61,321 nucleotides of DNA from an uncultured Bacteroidales bacterium (GTDB lineage Bacteria > Bacteroidota > Bacteroidia > Bacteroidales > JALTDM01). The translations under genes and the position numbers were made by a program. The stretch lies in assembly GCA_964421355.1 (NCBI GenBank), contig CAYQWX010000006.1:1-61321 (forward strand), in the 5' to 3' direction. Position 1 is the first letter of the stretch, and every line of letters starts with the position of its first letter. Shown here piece by piece: positions 20,688-30,736 of this stretch. Below the pieces are notes generated by a model that ran no database searches, was not told the origin of the DNA, and worked only from the letters and a program-made list of their open reading frames with translations.

Positions 20688-21371
20688 ATGATAAATACCA
20701 CTTTTGATTTTGGAAAAATAGCAAAAGAATACGATGCTTGGTATGACACACCACAAGGCAAAAAAATAGATGAAATAGAAAAAAAACTATTCATAAGATA
20801 TTTAAAAAAAATACCATACAAGCATATTGTAGAAATTAGTGCAGGCACAGGACATTGGACACAACTATTATCACAGCAAGGCAAAAGTATTACAGCCACA
20901 GATATATCTGAAAATATGCTGCAAGTAGCAAACAGTAAAAATATTGATAATACCGTATTCTTAAAAACTGATGCAACTAATTTACCTTTTGTGTCAAATT
21001 CGGTAGATGTTGTAGTTGCCATAACTTCCATAGAATTTGTAATGCCAAAATATAAAGCATTAGAAGAAATAAACAGAATACTCAAACCAGGCGGCTTCTT
21101 TCTTATAGGTACATTAAATAGAAACGGTTCTTTGGAACAAATAAGAAGGAATAACGAAGTGTTTGCAAATGCAAATTTTTATACATATAAAACATTAGTT
21201 TCCGATTTGATGAAAATAGGTAAATTACCTATGGTAGAAGGTTGCTTACTGCTACCCAACCCAATGGAAACTTCTCCGGATAAAATAGAACAAGTAGAAA
21301 AAATAGCAGACCCAAGAGAATTAAATGAAAAAGGAAATTTTTTAGTAGGATTAGTACAAAAAAATATTTGA
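20688..21371 (+). CDS. Class I SAM-dependent methyltransferase (type 11-like)
   Basis: YDAWY; EISAGTG motif I; DATNLPF; RILKPGG. Confidence 0.88.
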   Translation: MINTTFDFGKIAKEYDAWYDTPQGKKIDEIEKKLFIRYLKKIPYKHIVEISAGTGHWTQLLSQQGKSITATDISENMLQVANSKNIDNTVFLKTDATNLPFVSNSVDVVVAITSIEFVMPKYKALEEINRILKPGGFFLIGTLNRNGSLEQIRRNNEVFANANFYTYKTLVSDLMKIGKLPMVEGCLLLPNPMETSPDKIEQVEKIADPRELNEKGNFLVGLVQKNI

Positions 21372-21378
21372 AACAACC

Positions 21379-21966
21379 ATGAGTGATATTATTATTTTAG
21401 GAACACCAATAAATCCTTATGAAGCATTTGCTTCCATACTGGGTATTATTGCCGTTTTTTTCCAAATAAAAGAAAAAATAGCATTTTGGCCTTTATGGTT
21501 AATTACATCATTTATTTATATTTTTATCTTTTTTGAGTCTAAACTCTATGCTTTGATGACGCTACAATTTTATTATGTAGGCAATAGTATTTATGGCTGG
21601 TATAAATGGCAAAAAGGAGTAAAAGAAGATAGCGGTAAAATAAAAAGTCTCACACCAAAACAATGGGGCTATGTAATATTAGCAGCAATAATAATGACTG
21701 TGGTATTCTATTTTGTATTAGACCACTATACCGACTCTACTGTCCCCGCATTAGATGGACTTGTTACAGCATTGAGTTTTACGGCAAGCTGGTTGCTTGC
21801 ACAAAAATTTTTACAGCAATGGCTATTCTGGATTATTGCTGACAGTATATCCATATATGTTTATTTTACCCAAGAACTATACCCAACATGCATATTTTTT
21901 ACCGTTTTAACAATAATGGCTACAATAGGATATTTTCAATGGAAAAAAGTAGTAAAAACATATTAA
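21379..21966 (+). CDS. pnuC: Nicotinamide riboside transporter PnuC
   Basis: Hydrophobic protein with YGWYKW, D-x-x-x-TALS, W-x-x-WIIAD and GYFQW motifs. Confidence 0.92.
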   Translation: MSDIIILGTPINPYEAFASILGIIAVFFQIKEKIAFWPLWLITSFIYIFIFFESKLYALMTLQFYYVGNSIYGWYKWQKGVKEDSGKIKSLTPKQWGYVILAAIIMTVVFYFVLDHYTDSTVPALDGLVTALSFTASWLLAQKFLQQWLFWIIADSISIYVYFTQELYPTCIFFTVLTIMATIGYFQWKKVVKTY

Positions 21967-22487
21967 GAGTTGCCATAACCGGTCCTGAATCAACAGGGAA
22001 AACAACTTTGGCAAAAAGTTTGGCACAACATTACAATACCGTATGGGTACCCGAATATGCCCGGGAATATCTTAACAACTTGAAAAGACCATATACTTAT
22101 TATGACTTAAAAGAAATAGCAAAAGGACAAATTGAGTTGGAAAAACAAATGCTTCACAATGCAAAAAATATCCTCTTTGCCGACACGGAACTTTTGGTAA
22201 TAAAAATTTGGAGCATCTATAAATACGGCACTTACGATAGTTTTATTTTAGAAAATATACTGCACAATCCTTACGATTTGTATTTACTTACTTATCCCGA
22301 TTTGCCTTGGGAATATGATCCATTGAGGGAAGCACCTTCAGAAGAAGAAAGAAAACGCATTTTTGATATTTACGAAACGGAACTTAAAAAATACAATTTC
22401 AACTATTGCACAATAAAAGAACAAGGACAAAAAAGAATAAATAATGCTATAAATTGTATAGAAAAATTTATTTTTAAACAATTTTGA
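21939..22487 (+). CDS. NadR-like ribosylnicotinamide kinase domain protein (AAA_28)
   Basis: GPESTGKTT Walker A; VPEYAREYL; DLPWEYDPLR. The start was moved to MEKSS, which overlaps the pnuC end. Confidence 0.88.
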   Translation: MEKSSKNILRVAITGPESTGKTTLAKSLAQHYNTVWVPEYAREYLNNLKRPYTYYDLKEIAKGQIELEKQMLHNAKNILFADTELLVIKIWSIYKYGTYDSFILENILHNPYDLYLLTYPDLPWEYDPLREAPSEEERKRIFDIYETELKKYNFNYCTIKEQGQKRINNAINCIEKFIFKQF

Positions 22488-22507
22488 TACTAAACACATT
22501 AATAATT

Positions 22508-23263
22508 TTAATAATTATTTATTCTCAACAAAGTCATTATTACACTCACAGACACTGAAACATTTAGTGATTCCGATTTGTGTTTTTTATTAGAAAAATT
22601 GGGGATAGTAGTTGGCAACACCTTATGTGTAAACAATTCTTTTGATATGCCTTTTGATTCATTACCAAACAAATAAATGGCATGGCTTTCTAAATGCTTT
22701 TCATAAACATTTTCTCCATTCATTACCATTGCATATACAGGAAAACCTTTGTTTATTTGATTATCTATAAATTCATATAAATCCATATAATATACTCTTA
22801 CTCTCGCTATTGCACCCATAGATGCCTGTACTACTTTTGGCGAAAAGACATCCACACTCCCCTTACTGCATACAACGGTATCTATTCCAAACCAGTCTGC
22901 TGTACGAATAATAGTCCCAAGGTTACCAGGATCTTGTATTCTATCTAATGCTATTACAGGGTAAGACAATATAATATCGTCATTTATATATGTTGGCATT
23001 TTAACAACAGCTAAAAAACCTTGAGCAGTTTCCAAAGAACTAATCCTTTTAAAATCTTTTATATTAACCTTTTGAAAGATTGCATTTAATTCAAAATCAT
23101 ATTGCCACACGTCTTCTCTCACAAACACTGCAACAACCTCTAATTCACCACTTTTCAACAATTCAAAAACTATTTTCTTACCTTCTGCAACAAAAAGTCC
23201 ATATTCCTCTCTTTTCTTCTTCTTTTTCAGAATATTAACTAATGTTTTATTTATTTTTTTCAT
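22508..23263 (-). CDS. TrmH/SpoU family RNA methyltransferase
   Basis: FVAEG, IQDPGNLGTIIRTADWFG, FGNESKGIS and ESLNVS motifs. Confidence 0.95.
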   Translation of the reverse strand: MKKINKTLVNILKKKKKREEYGLFVAEGKKIVFELLKSGELEVVAVFVREDVWQYDFELNAIFQKVNIKDFKRISSLETAQGFLAVVKMPTYINDDIILSYPVIALDRIQDPGNLGTIIRTADWFGIDTVVCSKGSVDVFSPKVVQASMGAIARVRVYYMDLYEFIDNQINKGFPVYAMVMNGENVYEKHLESHAIYLFGNESKGISKELFTHKVLPTTIPNFSNKKHKSESLNVSVSVSVIMTLLRINNY

Positions 23264-23304
23264 AAAAACTGACAAAAAACATATTTTGAAATAATATTAT
23301 CATA

Positions 23305-23312
23305 TACATTTG
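23305..23312 (+). promoter_or_regulatory. -7 promoter element for the malic enzyme gene
   Basis: TACATTTG upstream of the ATG at 23339. Confidence 0.55.
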
Positions 23313-23338
23313 ACAAATGTAATAAAAAAACAAAAATT

Positions 23339-24637
23339 ATGGCTTTAATAACAAAAGAAGATGCTTTGTTGTACCACTCAAAAGGCCGTCCCGGCAAAAT
23401 AGAAGTGGTCCCTACAAAGCCATGTACCACACAAAAAGATTTATCTTTGGCATATACACCAGGTGTCGCAGATCCTTGTCTGGAAATACAAAAAAATCCA
23501 GATTTAGCATTTAAATATACAGCAAAAGGTAATTTAGTTGCAGTAATCTCAAACGGAACAGCTGTTCTTGGACTCGGCAACATAGGAACTCTTGCAGGAA
23601 AACCTGTAATGGAAGGGAAAGGCTTATTATTTAAGGTATTTGGTGGAGTAGATGTATTTGATATTGAGGTAGATACAAATGATATTGATAAATTTGTAGA
23701 AACAGTTAAATTAATTGCTCCTACCTTTGGTGGTATCAATTTGGAAGACATCAAAGCTCCAGAATGCTTTGAAATAGAAAGACGTCTCAAAGAAGAAACA
23801 GATATTCCAGTAATGCATGATGACCAACACGGAACAGCAATTATCTCAGCTGCAGGACTTATAAATGCATGCGAACTTACAGGTAAAAAATTATCGGAAA
23901 TAAAAGTAGTGGTAAACGGAGCAGGAGCTTCCGCTATGGGGTGTTCCAAACTATATATTGCAATGGGTGTAAATCCCGATAATATAATTATGGTAGATAG
24001 CCGTGGAGTGCTCACAAAAGATAGAACCGATTTAAATAAATACAAAAAAGAATTTGCTATAGACAGTAAAAAAATAAAAACACTAAAAGATGCGGTAAAA
24101 GGTGCTGATGTATTATTAGGAATGTCTGTTGCAGATGCTTTTACAGAAGAAATGATAGCAAGTATGGCAAAAGATCCTATTGTATTTGCTATGGCTAACC
24201 CTAACCCTGAAATAACCTATGAAAAAGCAATATCTGTAAGAAAAGATCTGATATTTGCAACAGGTAGGTCAGATTATCCAAATCAAATAAACAATGTTTT
24301 AGGCTTCCCATTTATATTTAGAGGAGCATTAGATGTTCGTTCCAAAGCAATAAATGTAGAAATGCAAATTGCTGCATCCAAAGCATTGGCAGAACTTGCA
24401 AAAGAACCTGTTGGTGAAGAAGTATTAAAAGCATACAATTTGGATAAACTAGAATTTGGACGCGAATACTTAATACCAAAACCTAATGACCCACGTTTAA
24501 TTTATAAAGTAGCTCCGGCCGTAGCAAAAGCTGCTATAAAAACAGGTGTTGCAAGAGTTCAAATAAATGACTGGGAAGAATACAATAAACATTTAAAACA
24601 TATTATGTCAACAATAAAATGTCCTAAAGAACTTTAG
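23339..24637 (+). CDS. Malic enzyme (MaeB-type catalytic module without the C-terminal PTA-like domain)
   Basis: LSLAYTPGVA, GKPVMEGKG, INLEDI, HDDQHGTAI, GAGAS, ATGRSDYPNQINNVLGFP; 432 aa. Confidence 0.93.
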   Translation: MALITKEDALLYHSKGRPGKIEVVPTKPCTTQKDLSLAYTPGVADPCLEIQKNPDLAFKYTAKGNLVAVISNGTAVLGLGNIGTLAGKPVMEGKGLLFKVFGGVDVFDIEVDTNDIDKFVETVKLIAPTFGGINLEDIKAPECFEIERRLKEETDIPVMHDDQHGTAIISAAGLINACELTGKKLSEIKVVVNGAGASAMGCSKLYIAMGVNPDNIIMVDSRGVLTKDRTDLNKYKKEFAIDSKKIKTLKDAVKGADVLLGMSVADAFTEEMIASMAKDPIVFAMANPNPEITYEKAISVRKDLIFATGRSDYPNQINNVLGFPFIFRGALDVRSKAINVEMQIAASKALAELAKEPVGEEVLKAYNLDKLEFGREYLIPKPNDPRLIYKVAPAVAKAAIKTGVARVQINDWEEYNKHLKHIMSTIKCPKEL

Positions 24638-24643
24638 GCAATG

Positions 24644-24671
24644 AAAAGGGGCTTAAACGCCCCTTTTTTTT
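24644..24671 (+). terminator. Rho-independent terminator after the malic enzyme gene
   Basis: AAAAGGGGC-TTAAAC-GCCCC followed by a T-run. Confidence 0.85.
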
Positions 24672-24705
24672 ACAAATAGTTATTAAAAAATAAAAAAGTG
24701 AAATT

Positions 24706-25698
24706 ATGGAAATATTACAAAAAATACACGAATCGGCAAAAAAACTTAACAACAGAATAGTGCTTCCTGAAGGCACAGAAGAAAGAACATTGAACGCAGC
24801 AGCAATAGCAATAGAAAACAAGCTGGCACAAATTATCCTTTTGGGAAATGAAACAAAAATAAAAAATAAAGCCAAAGAGCTTGGACTAAACATAGACAAC
24901 ACAACTATAATAAATCCCGAAACAAGTGAAAAAAGAAACGAATACATTGAAAAATTAGTAGAAATAAGAAAGAAAAAAGGACTTACAAAAGAAGAAGCAG
25001 CAAAACTATTAAATGACCCTCTGTATTTTGCTGTAATGATGATAAAACAAGGAGATGCAGACGGAGAAGTAGCAGGAGCAATGAACGCAACTTCCAATGT
25101 ATTAAGACCTGCTTTTCAAATAGTAAAAACAAAACCTGGAATTTCGGTTGTTTCAGGTGCTTTTATGATGATACTAAAAGATAAAAACTTTGGAGACGAC
25201 GGTATAATATTTTTCGCCGATTGTGCAGTTCACCCCGATCCTGATGAAAAACAATTAGCAGAAATAGCCGTAGCCACGACAGAAACAGCAAAAGCATTGG
25301 CAGGAATAGAACCACGTATAGCAATGTTAAGCTTTTCTACTAAAGGAAGTGCTTCACACCCAATGGTAGATAAAGTAGTAAATGCCACACGAATTGCAAA
25401 AGAAATGAATCCCGACCTTATGATTGACGGCGAACTACAAGCAGACGCTGCCATAATAGAAGCAATAGGGAAAAAGAAAGCTCCCGGAAGTCCTGTTGCA
25501 GGAAAAGCAAATGTATTGGTATTTCCGGATTTACAATCGGGAAATATTTCATACAAATTAGTTCAACGCATGGCTCATGCTGAAGCAATAGGACCAGTAT
25601 TACAAGGGATGGCAGCACCCATAAATGATTTATCAAGAGGTTGTTCCGTTGATGACATAGTAAATATGATTGCCATTACATCTAATCAGGCAGGTTAA
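24706..25698 (+). CDS. pta: Phosphate acetyltransferase
   Basis: RIVLPEG, FADCAV, AMLSFSTKGS, DGELQADAA, GNISYKL and catalytic NDLSRG motifs. Confidence 0.96.
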   Translation: MEILQKIHESAKKLNNRIVLPEGTEERTLNAAAIAIENKLAQIILLGNETKIKNKAKELGLNIDNTTIINPETSEKRNEYIEKLVEIRKKKGLTKEEAAKLLNDPLYFAVMMIKQGDADGEVAGAMNATSNVLRPAFQIVKTKPGISVVSGAFMMILKDKNFGDDGIIFFADCAVHPDPDEKQLAEIAVATTETAKALAGIEPRIAMLSFSTKGSASHPMVDKVVNATRIAKEMNPDLMIDGELQADAAIIEAIGKKKAPGSPVAGKANVLVFPDLQSGNISYKLVQRMAHAEAIGPVLQGMAAPINDLSRGCSVDDIVNMIAITSNQAG

Positions 25699-25759
25699 AA
25701 TAGGTTAATTAAATAATTTTTATTAACTTTCAACCCATAAAATTAAAAGCAACAAAATT

Positions 25760-26662
25760 ATGTTCAAAAAATTAGCAGATATTCTAAAAGTAGCAAAAGT
25801 AAAAAATGAACAAAAATTAGTAATTGCCGCAGCAGGAGACAAACATGTATTGGAAGCAGTAAAAGCAGCAGTGGAAGAAAAAATAATAATACCTATTTTT
25901 ATTGGAGATACAGAAAAAATAAATGCCATTGCCAAAGAAATATCCTTTGACATTAGCGAATGTGAAAAAATAAAAGAACCTGACCCTGCATTAGCTTCAA
26001 AGCTTGCAGTAAAATTTGTTAGGGAAGGCAAAGCTGACTTTTTAATGAAAGGATTGGTAGGTACAAGCACATTATTAAAAGCCGTATTAGACAAAGAGAA
26101 AGGTATTAGAAAAAATTCCACAATGAGCCATGTTGCTATTTTCGAAAACAAAAATTATCACAAATTACTTGGACTCACTGATGCCGCAATGAATATAGCA
26201 CCTGATTTAAATGAAAAAATAAGCATAATAAATAATGCCGTAGAAGTATTTAGAAAACTCGGTATAGAAACTCCCAAAGTGGCAATGCTTACAGCAGTAG
26301 AAACAGTCAATCCTAAAATGCCAGCAACAGTAGATGCTTCCATTCTAAGTATAATGAACAGAAGAAGACAAATAAAAAATTGTATAATAGACGGTCCTCT
26401 TGCTTTGGACAATGCAATATCAAAAGAAGCAGCACAAACCAAAGGAATAGTTAGTGAAGTAGCTGGAGATGCAGATATACTTGTTGCACCTGACATAGAA
26501 GCAGGAAACATAATGTATAAGACAATGAACTTTTTAGGTGGTTCTATCTCCGCTGCAGTAATAATGGGAGCCCAAGTACCTATAGTACTAACATCAAGGG
26601 CTGATAGCCACAAGAGCAAACTAATGTCTATTGCTTTGGCAAAAGTAATATCTGAAGGATAA
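25760..26662 (+). CDS. ptb: Phosphate butyryltransferase
   Basis: LMKG, TDAAMNIAP, AVETVNPKMPATVDA, DGPLALDNA and VLTSRAD motifs. Confidence 0.92.
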   Translation: MFKKLADILKVAKVKNEQKLVIAAAGDKHVLEAVKAAVEEKIIIPIFIGDTEKINAIAKEISFDISECEKIKEPDPALASKLAVKFVREGKADFLMKGLVGTSTLLKAVLDKEKGIRKNSTMSHVAIFENKNYHKLLGLTDAAMNIAPDLNEKISIINNAVEVFRKLGIETPKVAMLTAVETVNPKMPATVDASILSIMNRRRQIKNCIIDGPLALDNAISKEAAQTKGIVSEVAGDADILVAPDIEAGNIMYKTMNFLGGSISAAVIMGAQVPIVLTSRADSHKSKLMSIALAKVISEG

Positions 26663-26709
26663 AAGAAACAAACAACAATTAAACATATTTTTGTTTACAT
26701 AAAAAACAT

Positions 26710-26717
26710 TATCTTTG
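26710..26717 (+). promoter_or_regulatory. -7 promoter element for the THX gene
   Basis: TATCTTTG, ending 17 nt before the ATG at 26734. Confidence 0.65.
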
Positions 26718-26733
26718 CAAAAAAATAATCATC

Positions 26734-26853
26734 ATGGGAAAAGGAGATAAAAGAACAAGAAGAGGTAAAATCTTTAAAGGCAGTTTCGGAGTAAGCAGAC
26801 CAAGAAAAAAAGCTAAAAAAGTAAATACAGCAAAAGAAAAAACCGAAGCTTAA
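26734..26853 (+). CDS. 30S ribosomal protein THX (bTHX / PSRP4 family), 39 aa, absent from the ORF track
   Basis: Translates to [39 protein letters not shown], carrying the MGKGD-x-x-T-x-RGKI-x-x-GS-x-G-x-x-RP signature. It has its own promoter and terminator. Confidence 0.93.
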   Translation: MGKGDKRTRRGKIFKGSFGVSRPRKKAKKVNTAKEKTEA

Positions 26854-26880
26854 AATTATTTTTTAAAAAAGAACCACAAT

Positions 26881-26916
26881 AAAAGGAGAAGTGTATTTTT
26901 TTACATTTCTCCTTTT
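26881..26916 (+). terminator. Terminator after THX
   Basis: AAAAGGAGAAGTGTA / TACATTTCTCCTTTT stem. Confidence 0.7.
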
Positions 26917-26932
26917 GTAATTTTTTAGTAGT

Positions 26933-27994
26933 ATGAACAAATTTCAGGAAGGTGATATCGTCAAATTTATTGACGAAGAAGGCGGAGGCAAAATCATAAA
27001 AATAATTGATGAAACAAAAGTCATAATACTTGATGACAATGGCTTTGATTATGAAGTAGATACATCGTCCATAATGTTATTTAAAAGGAAAAAAGACAAA
27101 AAAAAATATCCATCAAACAACCAACATCCCCAAAAGCATTCACAACAAATTCCAAATCCTCCAGTACAAAATACTATTACACAAACATCTACACTTACCA
27201 CATCATTAAAACAAATAAAAGAATCATCGGTAATAAAGCACAAAACAGGCAACATATTACTCGCTTTTGTACCACAAACAAACCACATTTTAATATCTGA
27301 CATAGACATAGTATTAATAAATGACAGCAATTACAAATTATATTACCAAATAGCTGTAAAAAAAGAACAACATTTTACCACAATAGACGACAACATACTT
27401 GAACCGAACACACAAATATCAATACTATCCACTGATAGAAAAGATTTACTTAACTTAAAAGAGATAATTATACGAGGCATACTTATTTTACCATCATTTA
27501 TAAAAGAAGGACACCCATTTGAAGAAATAATAAAACTCAAACCCGTAAAATTCACAAAAGAAGGTAGTTTTAAGAAAAATCATTACTTTGATATTCCCGC
27601 AATTATATACAACATTTATACAATAAACAAAACAGTAGAGTTTTCGGAACTATATCAAAAAGAACAAAAAAAACCTAAAAATAGCCTACCACAAGAAACA
27701 TTCAACTCAGAGAAAATAGAAATTGATCTACATATAGAAAAATTGGAAAAAAATTACAACTTATTATCAAATGACCAGATGCTTGATATTCAAAAAAAAT
27801 ATTTTATACAAACACTGGAAAAAGCTTTACAATCGACCACAGTAAAACACTTTGTAGTAATACACGGCATAGGTAATGGCAGGCTTAAAATGGAAATCAG
27901 ACGGATATTAAGAGAAGACTACCCAAAGTTAAAATTTGAAGATGCCGCAATGAGTGAATATGGCTTTGGAGCAACACTCATTAAAATAAGATAA
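26933..27994 (+). CDS. DUF2027 / Smr-domain protein
   Basis: N-terminal KOW-like GDIVKF, central DUF2027-like domain, and C-terminal Smr domain (EIDLHIE, IHGIGNGRLK, YGFGAT). Confidence 0.88.
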   Translation: MNKFQEGDIVKFIDEEGGGKIIKIIDETKVIILDDNGFDYEVDTSSIMLFKRKKDKKKYPSNNQHPQKHSQQIPNPPVQNTITQTSTLTTSLKQIKESSVIKHKTGNILLAFVPQTNHILISDIDIVLINDSNYKLYYQIAVKKEQHFTTIDDNILEPNTQISILSTDRKDLLNLKEIIIRGILILPSFIKEGHPFEEIIKLKPVKFTKEGSFKKNHYFDIPAIIYNIYTINKTVEFSELYQKEQKKPKNSLPQETFNSEKIEIDLHIEKLEKNYNLLSNDQMLDIQKKYFIQTLEKALQSTTVKHFVVIHGIGNGRLKMEIRRILREDYPKLKFEDAAMSEYGFGATLIKIR

Positions 27995-28000
27995 ATATTA

Positions 28001-29230
28001 TTATTCTTGTGGAGAAAAATATCTCTTCACAACAAAACGAACAGCATATTTAGATGCCAAAAATCCAATAAACAGCACAGTAAACAACACTAAAATATAA
28101 TCTTGCATATAAATTTTTACAGGATACGCATTTACTATAAAACTTCCTTTTTCAGTAGAAGAATATAATTTGATTAGTCCGTAATACTTTTGAATAAATA
28201 TAAAAATTGTTCCCAAAAACAATCCAAGGATAGTCCCAAGTAAAGAAATCATAACTCCTTCGGTTAAAAATATATTTTTTATATATTCTTTTGTCATTCC
28301 CAAATTATATAAAGTCCTTATATCATCTTTCTTTTCTATAATAAGCATAGATAGAGAACCCACTACGGTAAAAGAAGCTATCATCAAAATCATAGATAAA
28401 ATAAGAAATGTAATCATCTTTTCCGACTTCAATATCTTATATATAAAGGCATGTTGTTGCAATCTGTCTTTAAAAACCAAATCAGTACCCAAAACCTTTT
28501 CAATATTAAGAGTTATATCTTTAATATTAGCATTAGGCACCATTGCAATCTCAATAGATGTGGCACAATTGGCATATTGCAACAAAGACGAAGCAAAAGA
28601 AAAAGGCACCAATACATAATTATCAAACTCTGGTTCCACCGAAAATACTCCAACAGCAAAAATAGGTTTCCTTACAAAAGCTTTTTCAGGATTTACCACT
28701 ACTCTTTTAGTTCTTTTAGGCACATATATAACCAATGGCTCAACCATATTTACATTTACTGACAAAGCACTGGCTATGTTTGCTCCCACTATGGCTACCG
28801 GATAATTATTTACATATAACTTATAATTACCTGCCGTAATCATTGTATCTATTCCGTTTAGTTTTGAGAAATCCTCGGTTACACCTTTAATTCGGGCAGG
28901 ATAATAGACCTTTTGATATTTCACCAATACATTTTCTTCCAATACTGGCACCACATAAGCAACTCCATTTATCTTTTTCAATTCCAACAATTTAGTGCTA
29001 TCCAATGGAAAAGTTTTTCCTTGTTTCGGAAAAACTTTTAAATCAGGATCAAAAGCATTATATCTGTTTATTATTAAATCTTCCAGTCCATTAAAAACAG
29101 ATAAAATAATTATAAGAGCGGCAGTACCAATAGCAAGTCCTACTACACTAATAAAAGAAATTAAATTTATTACATTGGTAGATTTACGGGAAAATAAATA
29201 ATGTTTTGCTATAAACCAAGTAAGTTTCAC
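28001..29230 (-). CDS. ABC transporter permease, LolC/E (FtsX-like) family
   Basis: IAKHYLFS, ILSVFNG, MLIIEKKDDI and IFLTEG motifs; commonly found downstream of rbfA. Confidence 0.9.
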   Translation of the reverse strand: MKLTWFIAKHYLFSRKSTNVINLISFISVVGLAIGTAALIIILSVFNGLEDLIINRYNAFDPDLKVFPKQGKTFPLDSTKLLELKKINGVAYVVPVLEENVLVKYQKVYYPARIKGVTEDFSKLNGIDTMITAGNYKLYVNNYPVAIVGANIASALSVNVNMVEPLVIYVPKRTKRVVVNPEKAFVRKPIFAVGVFSVEPEFDNYVLVPFSFASSLLQYANCATSIEIAMVPNANIKDITLNIEKVLGTDLVFKDRLQQHAFIYKILKSEKMITFLILSMILMIASFTVVGSLSMLIIEKKDDIRTLYNLGMTKEYIKNIFLTEGVMISLLGTILGLFLGTIFIFIQKYYGLIKLYSSTEKGSFIVNAYPVKIYMQDYILVLFTVLFIGFLASKYAVRFVVKRYFSPQE

Positions 29231-29269
29231 ATTATGCTAAATTAAAAAAATACGTTTCCCTGATCAATA

Positions 29270-29605
29270 TTATTCATCCAACAGCTCATCAATTCTTTTC
29301 ATTTGGTCATACGAATCATCAATAAAAAATTGTAAATCTGGTATTTTTCTTAAATTTCTTATTCGTTGTCCCAAAAGCTTTCTTATATATTTTTTATTTT
29401 GTTCAAAATAGCTTAAAATTTCTTCTCTCTTTTCTGCAGGGAAAATACTAAAATATATACGTGCCAATGACAAATCTGGAGTAATCTTTACAAAAGTAGC
29501 ACTTACAATATTATTACCCACAAGAGTATCTTTTTCTTTAATTAGCAATTCACCCATTGCTCTCAAAATCATATTTTCTATTTTAGCTATTCTATTATCC
29601 TTCAT
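29270..29605 (-). CDS. rbfA: 30S ribosome-binding factor A
   Basis: [11 protein letters not shown] and [14 protein letters not shown] motifs. Confidence 0.96.
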   Translation of the reverse strand: MKDNRIAKIENMILRAMGELLIKEKDTLVGNNIVSATFVKITPDLSLARIYFSIFPAEKREEILSYFEQNKKYIRKLLGQRIRNLRKIPDLQFFIDDSYDQMKRIDELLDE

Positions 29606-30656
29606 TTTCTTCTTGTCCTAACTTTTCTTTTAATTCTTCTATCGTTTTTTGAAGTTCATTAATTTGCTTGTATAAATCAGGTAGTTTTCTAAATACCACA
29701 TAAGATTTTTTGTATTGATTGGCATCGTAGGCAGGAGCCCCCATTAGCACTTCCCCTTTTCGTTTTACCGTATTGGTAATGCCTGCTTGTGCTGCAACTT
29801 TTACCTCATCAGCAATAGAAATATGTCCCACAAAGCCAACTTGCCCACCTACCATACAGTAATTGCCTAACTTGGTAGAACCTGAAATGCCCGTTTGCGC
29901 CGCAATAACAGTATGACACCCTATTTCTACATTATGTGCCACTTGTATCAAATTGTCAAGTTTTACACCCTTTCTTATAATAGTAGAACCAAGCGTAGCC
30001 CTATCAATAGTAGTATTCGCTCCTATTTCCACATTATCTTCTATTATTACATTTCCTATTTGCGGTATTTTACCATAACCGTCACCTTGCGGGGCAAAAC
30101 CAAACCCATCACTTCCTATCACTACCCCTGCATGTATAGAGCAATCCTTTCCTATTACGCAATCATGATATACTTTCACACCAGCCCTCAACACCGTATT
30201 ATCGCCTATCCTTACATTATCACCAATATATACCTGTGGATATATTTTTACATTATTTCCAAGCTTCACATTTTTCCCCACATAAGAAAAAGCTCCAATA
30301 TACACATCTTTACCATAAGTAGCCGTTTCATCTATAAAAGTTGGTTGTTCTATTCCTTTCTTTTGTTCTGAAAAAACTTGATCATAAAGTTTCAATAAAG
30401 AAGCAAAAGCTTGATAAGCATTATCTACCCTGATAAGTGTAGGTTTTATTTTTTCTATATTTGGATAATCTTTATCTACAATAACAATAGTTGCATTAGT
30501 TTTATATAAGTAAGGTTTATATTTAGGGTTAGCTAAAAAACTTAAAGAACCTTCTTTACCTTCTTCTATTTTGGAAAACGAATCCACTACCACATCGGGA
30601 TTACCTATTATCTTCCCATTCAAATATTCTGCTATACGTTTAGCTGAAAATTTCAT
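29595..30656 (-). CDS. lpxD: UDP-3-O-acylglucosamine N-acyltransferase
   Basis: SFLANPKY; hexapeptide repeats; GSDGFGF, TIDRA and [12 protein letters not shown]. Confidence 0.97.
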   Translation of the reverse strand: MKFSAKRIAEYLNGKIIGNPDVVVDSFSKIEEGKEGSLSFLANPKYKPYLYKTNATIVIVDKDYPNIEKIKPTLIRVDNAYQAFASLLKLYDQVFSEQKKGIEQPTFIDETATYGKDVYIGAFSYVGKNVKLGNNVKIYPQVYIGDNVRIGDNTVLRAGVKVYHDCVIGKDCSIHAGVVIGSDGFGFAPQGDGYGKIPQIGNVIIEDNVEIGANTTIDRATLGSTIIRKGVKLDNLIQVAHNVEIGCHTVIAAQTGISGSTKLGNYCMVGGQVGFVGHISIADEVKVAAQAGITNTVKRKGEVLMGAPAYDANQYKKSYVVFRKLPDLYKQINELQKTIEELKEKLGQEENEG

Positions 30657-30736
30657 TTATTTTTTTTTGCAAAGATACAATATAAAATAATAATTATATC
30701 AATTACGACACACCTATTTTTAACAATTATTTAAAA

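Noticed and set aside
23260..26619. Long antisense ORFs over the malic enzyme, pta and ptb genes (up to 261 aa)
   Set aside because: They mirror the frames of well-conserved genes and carry no recognisable motifs. The same applies to the other short overlapping ORFs in the track.
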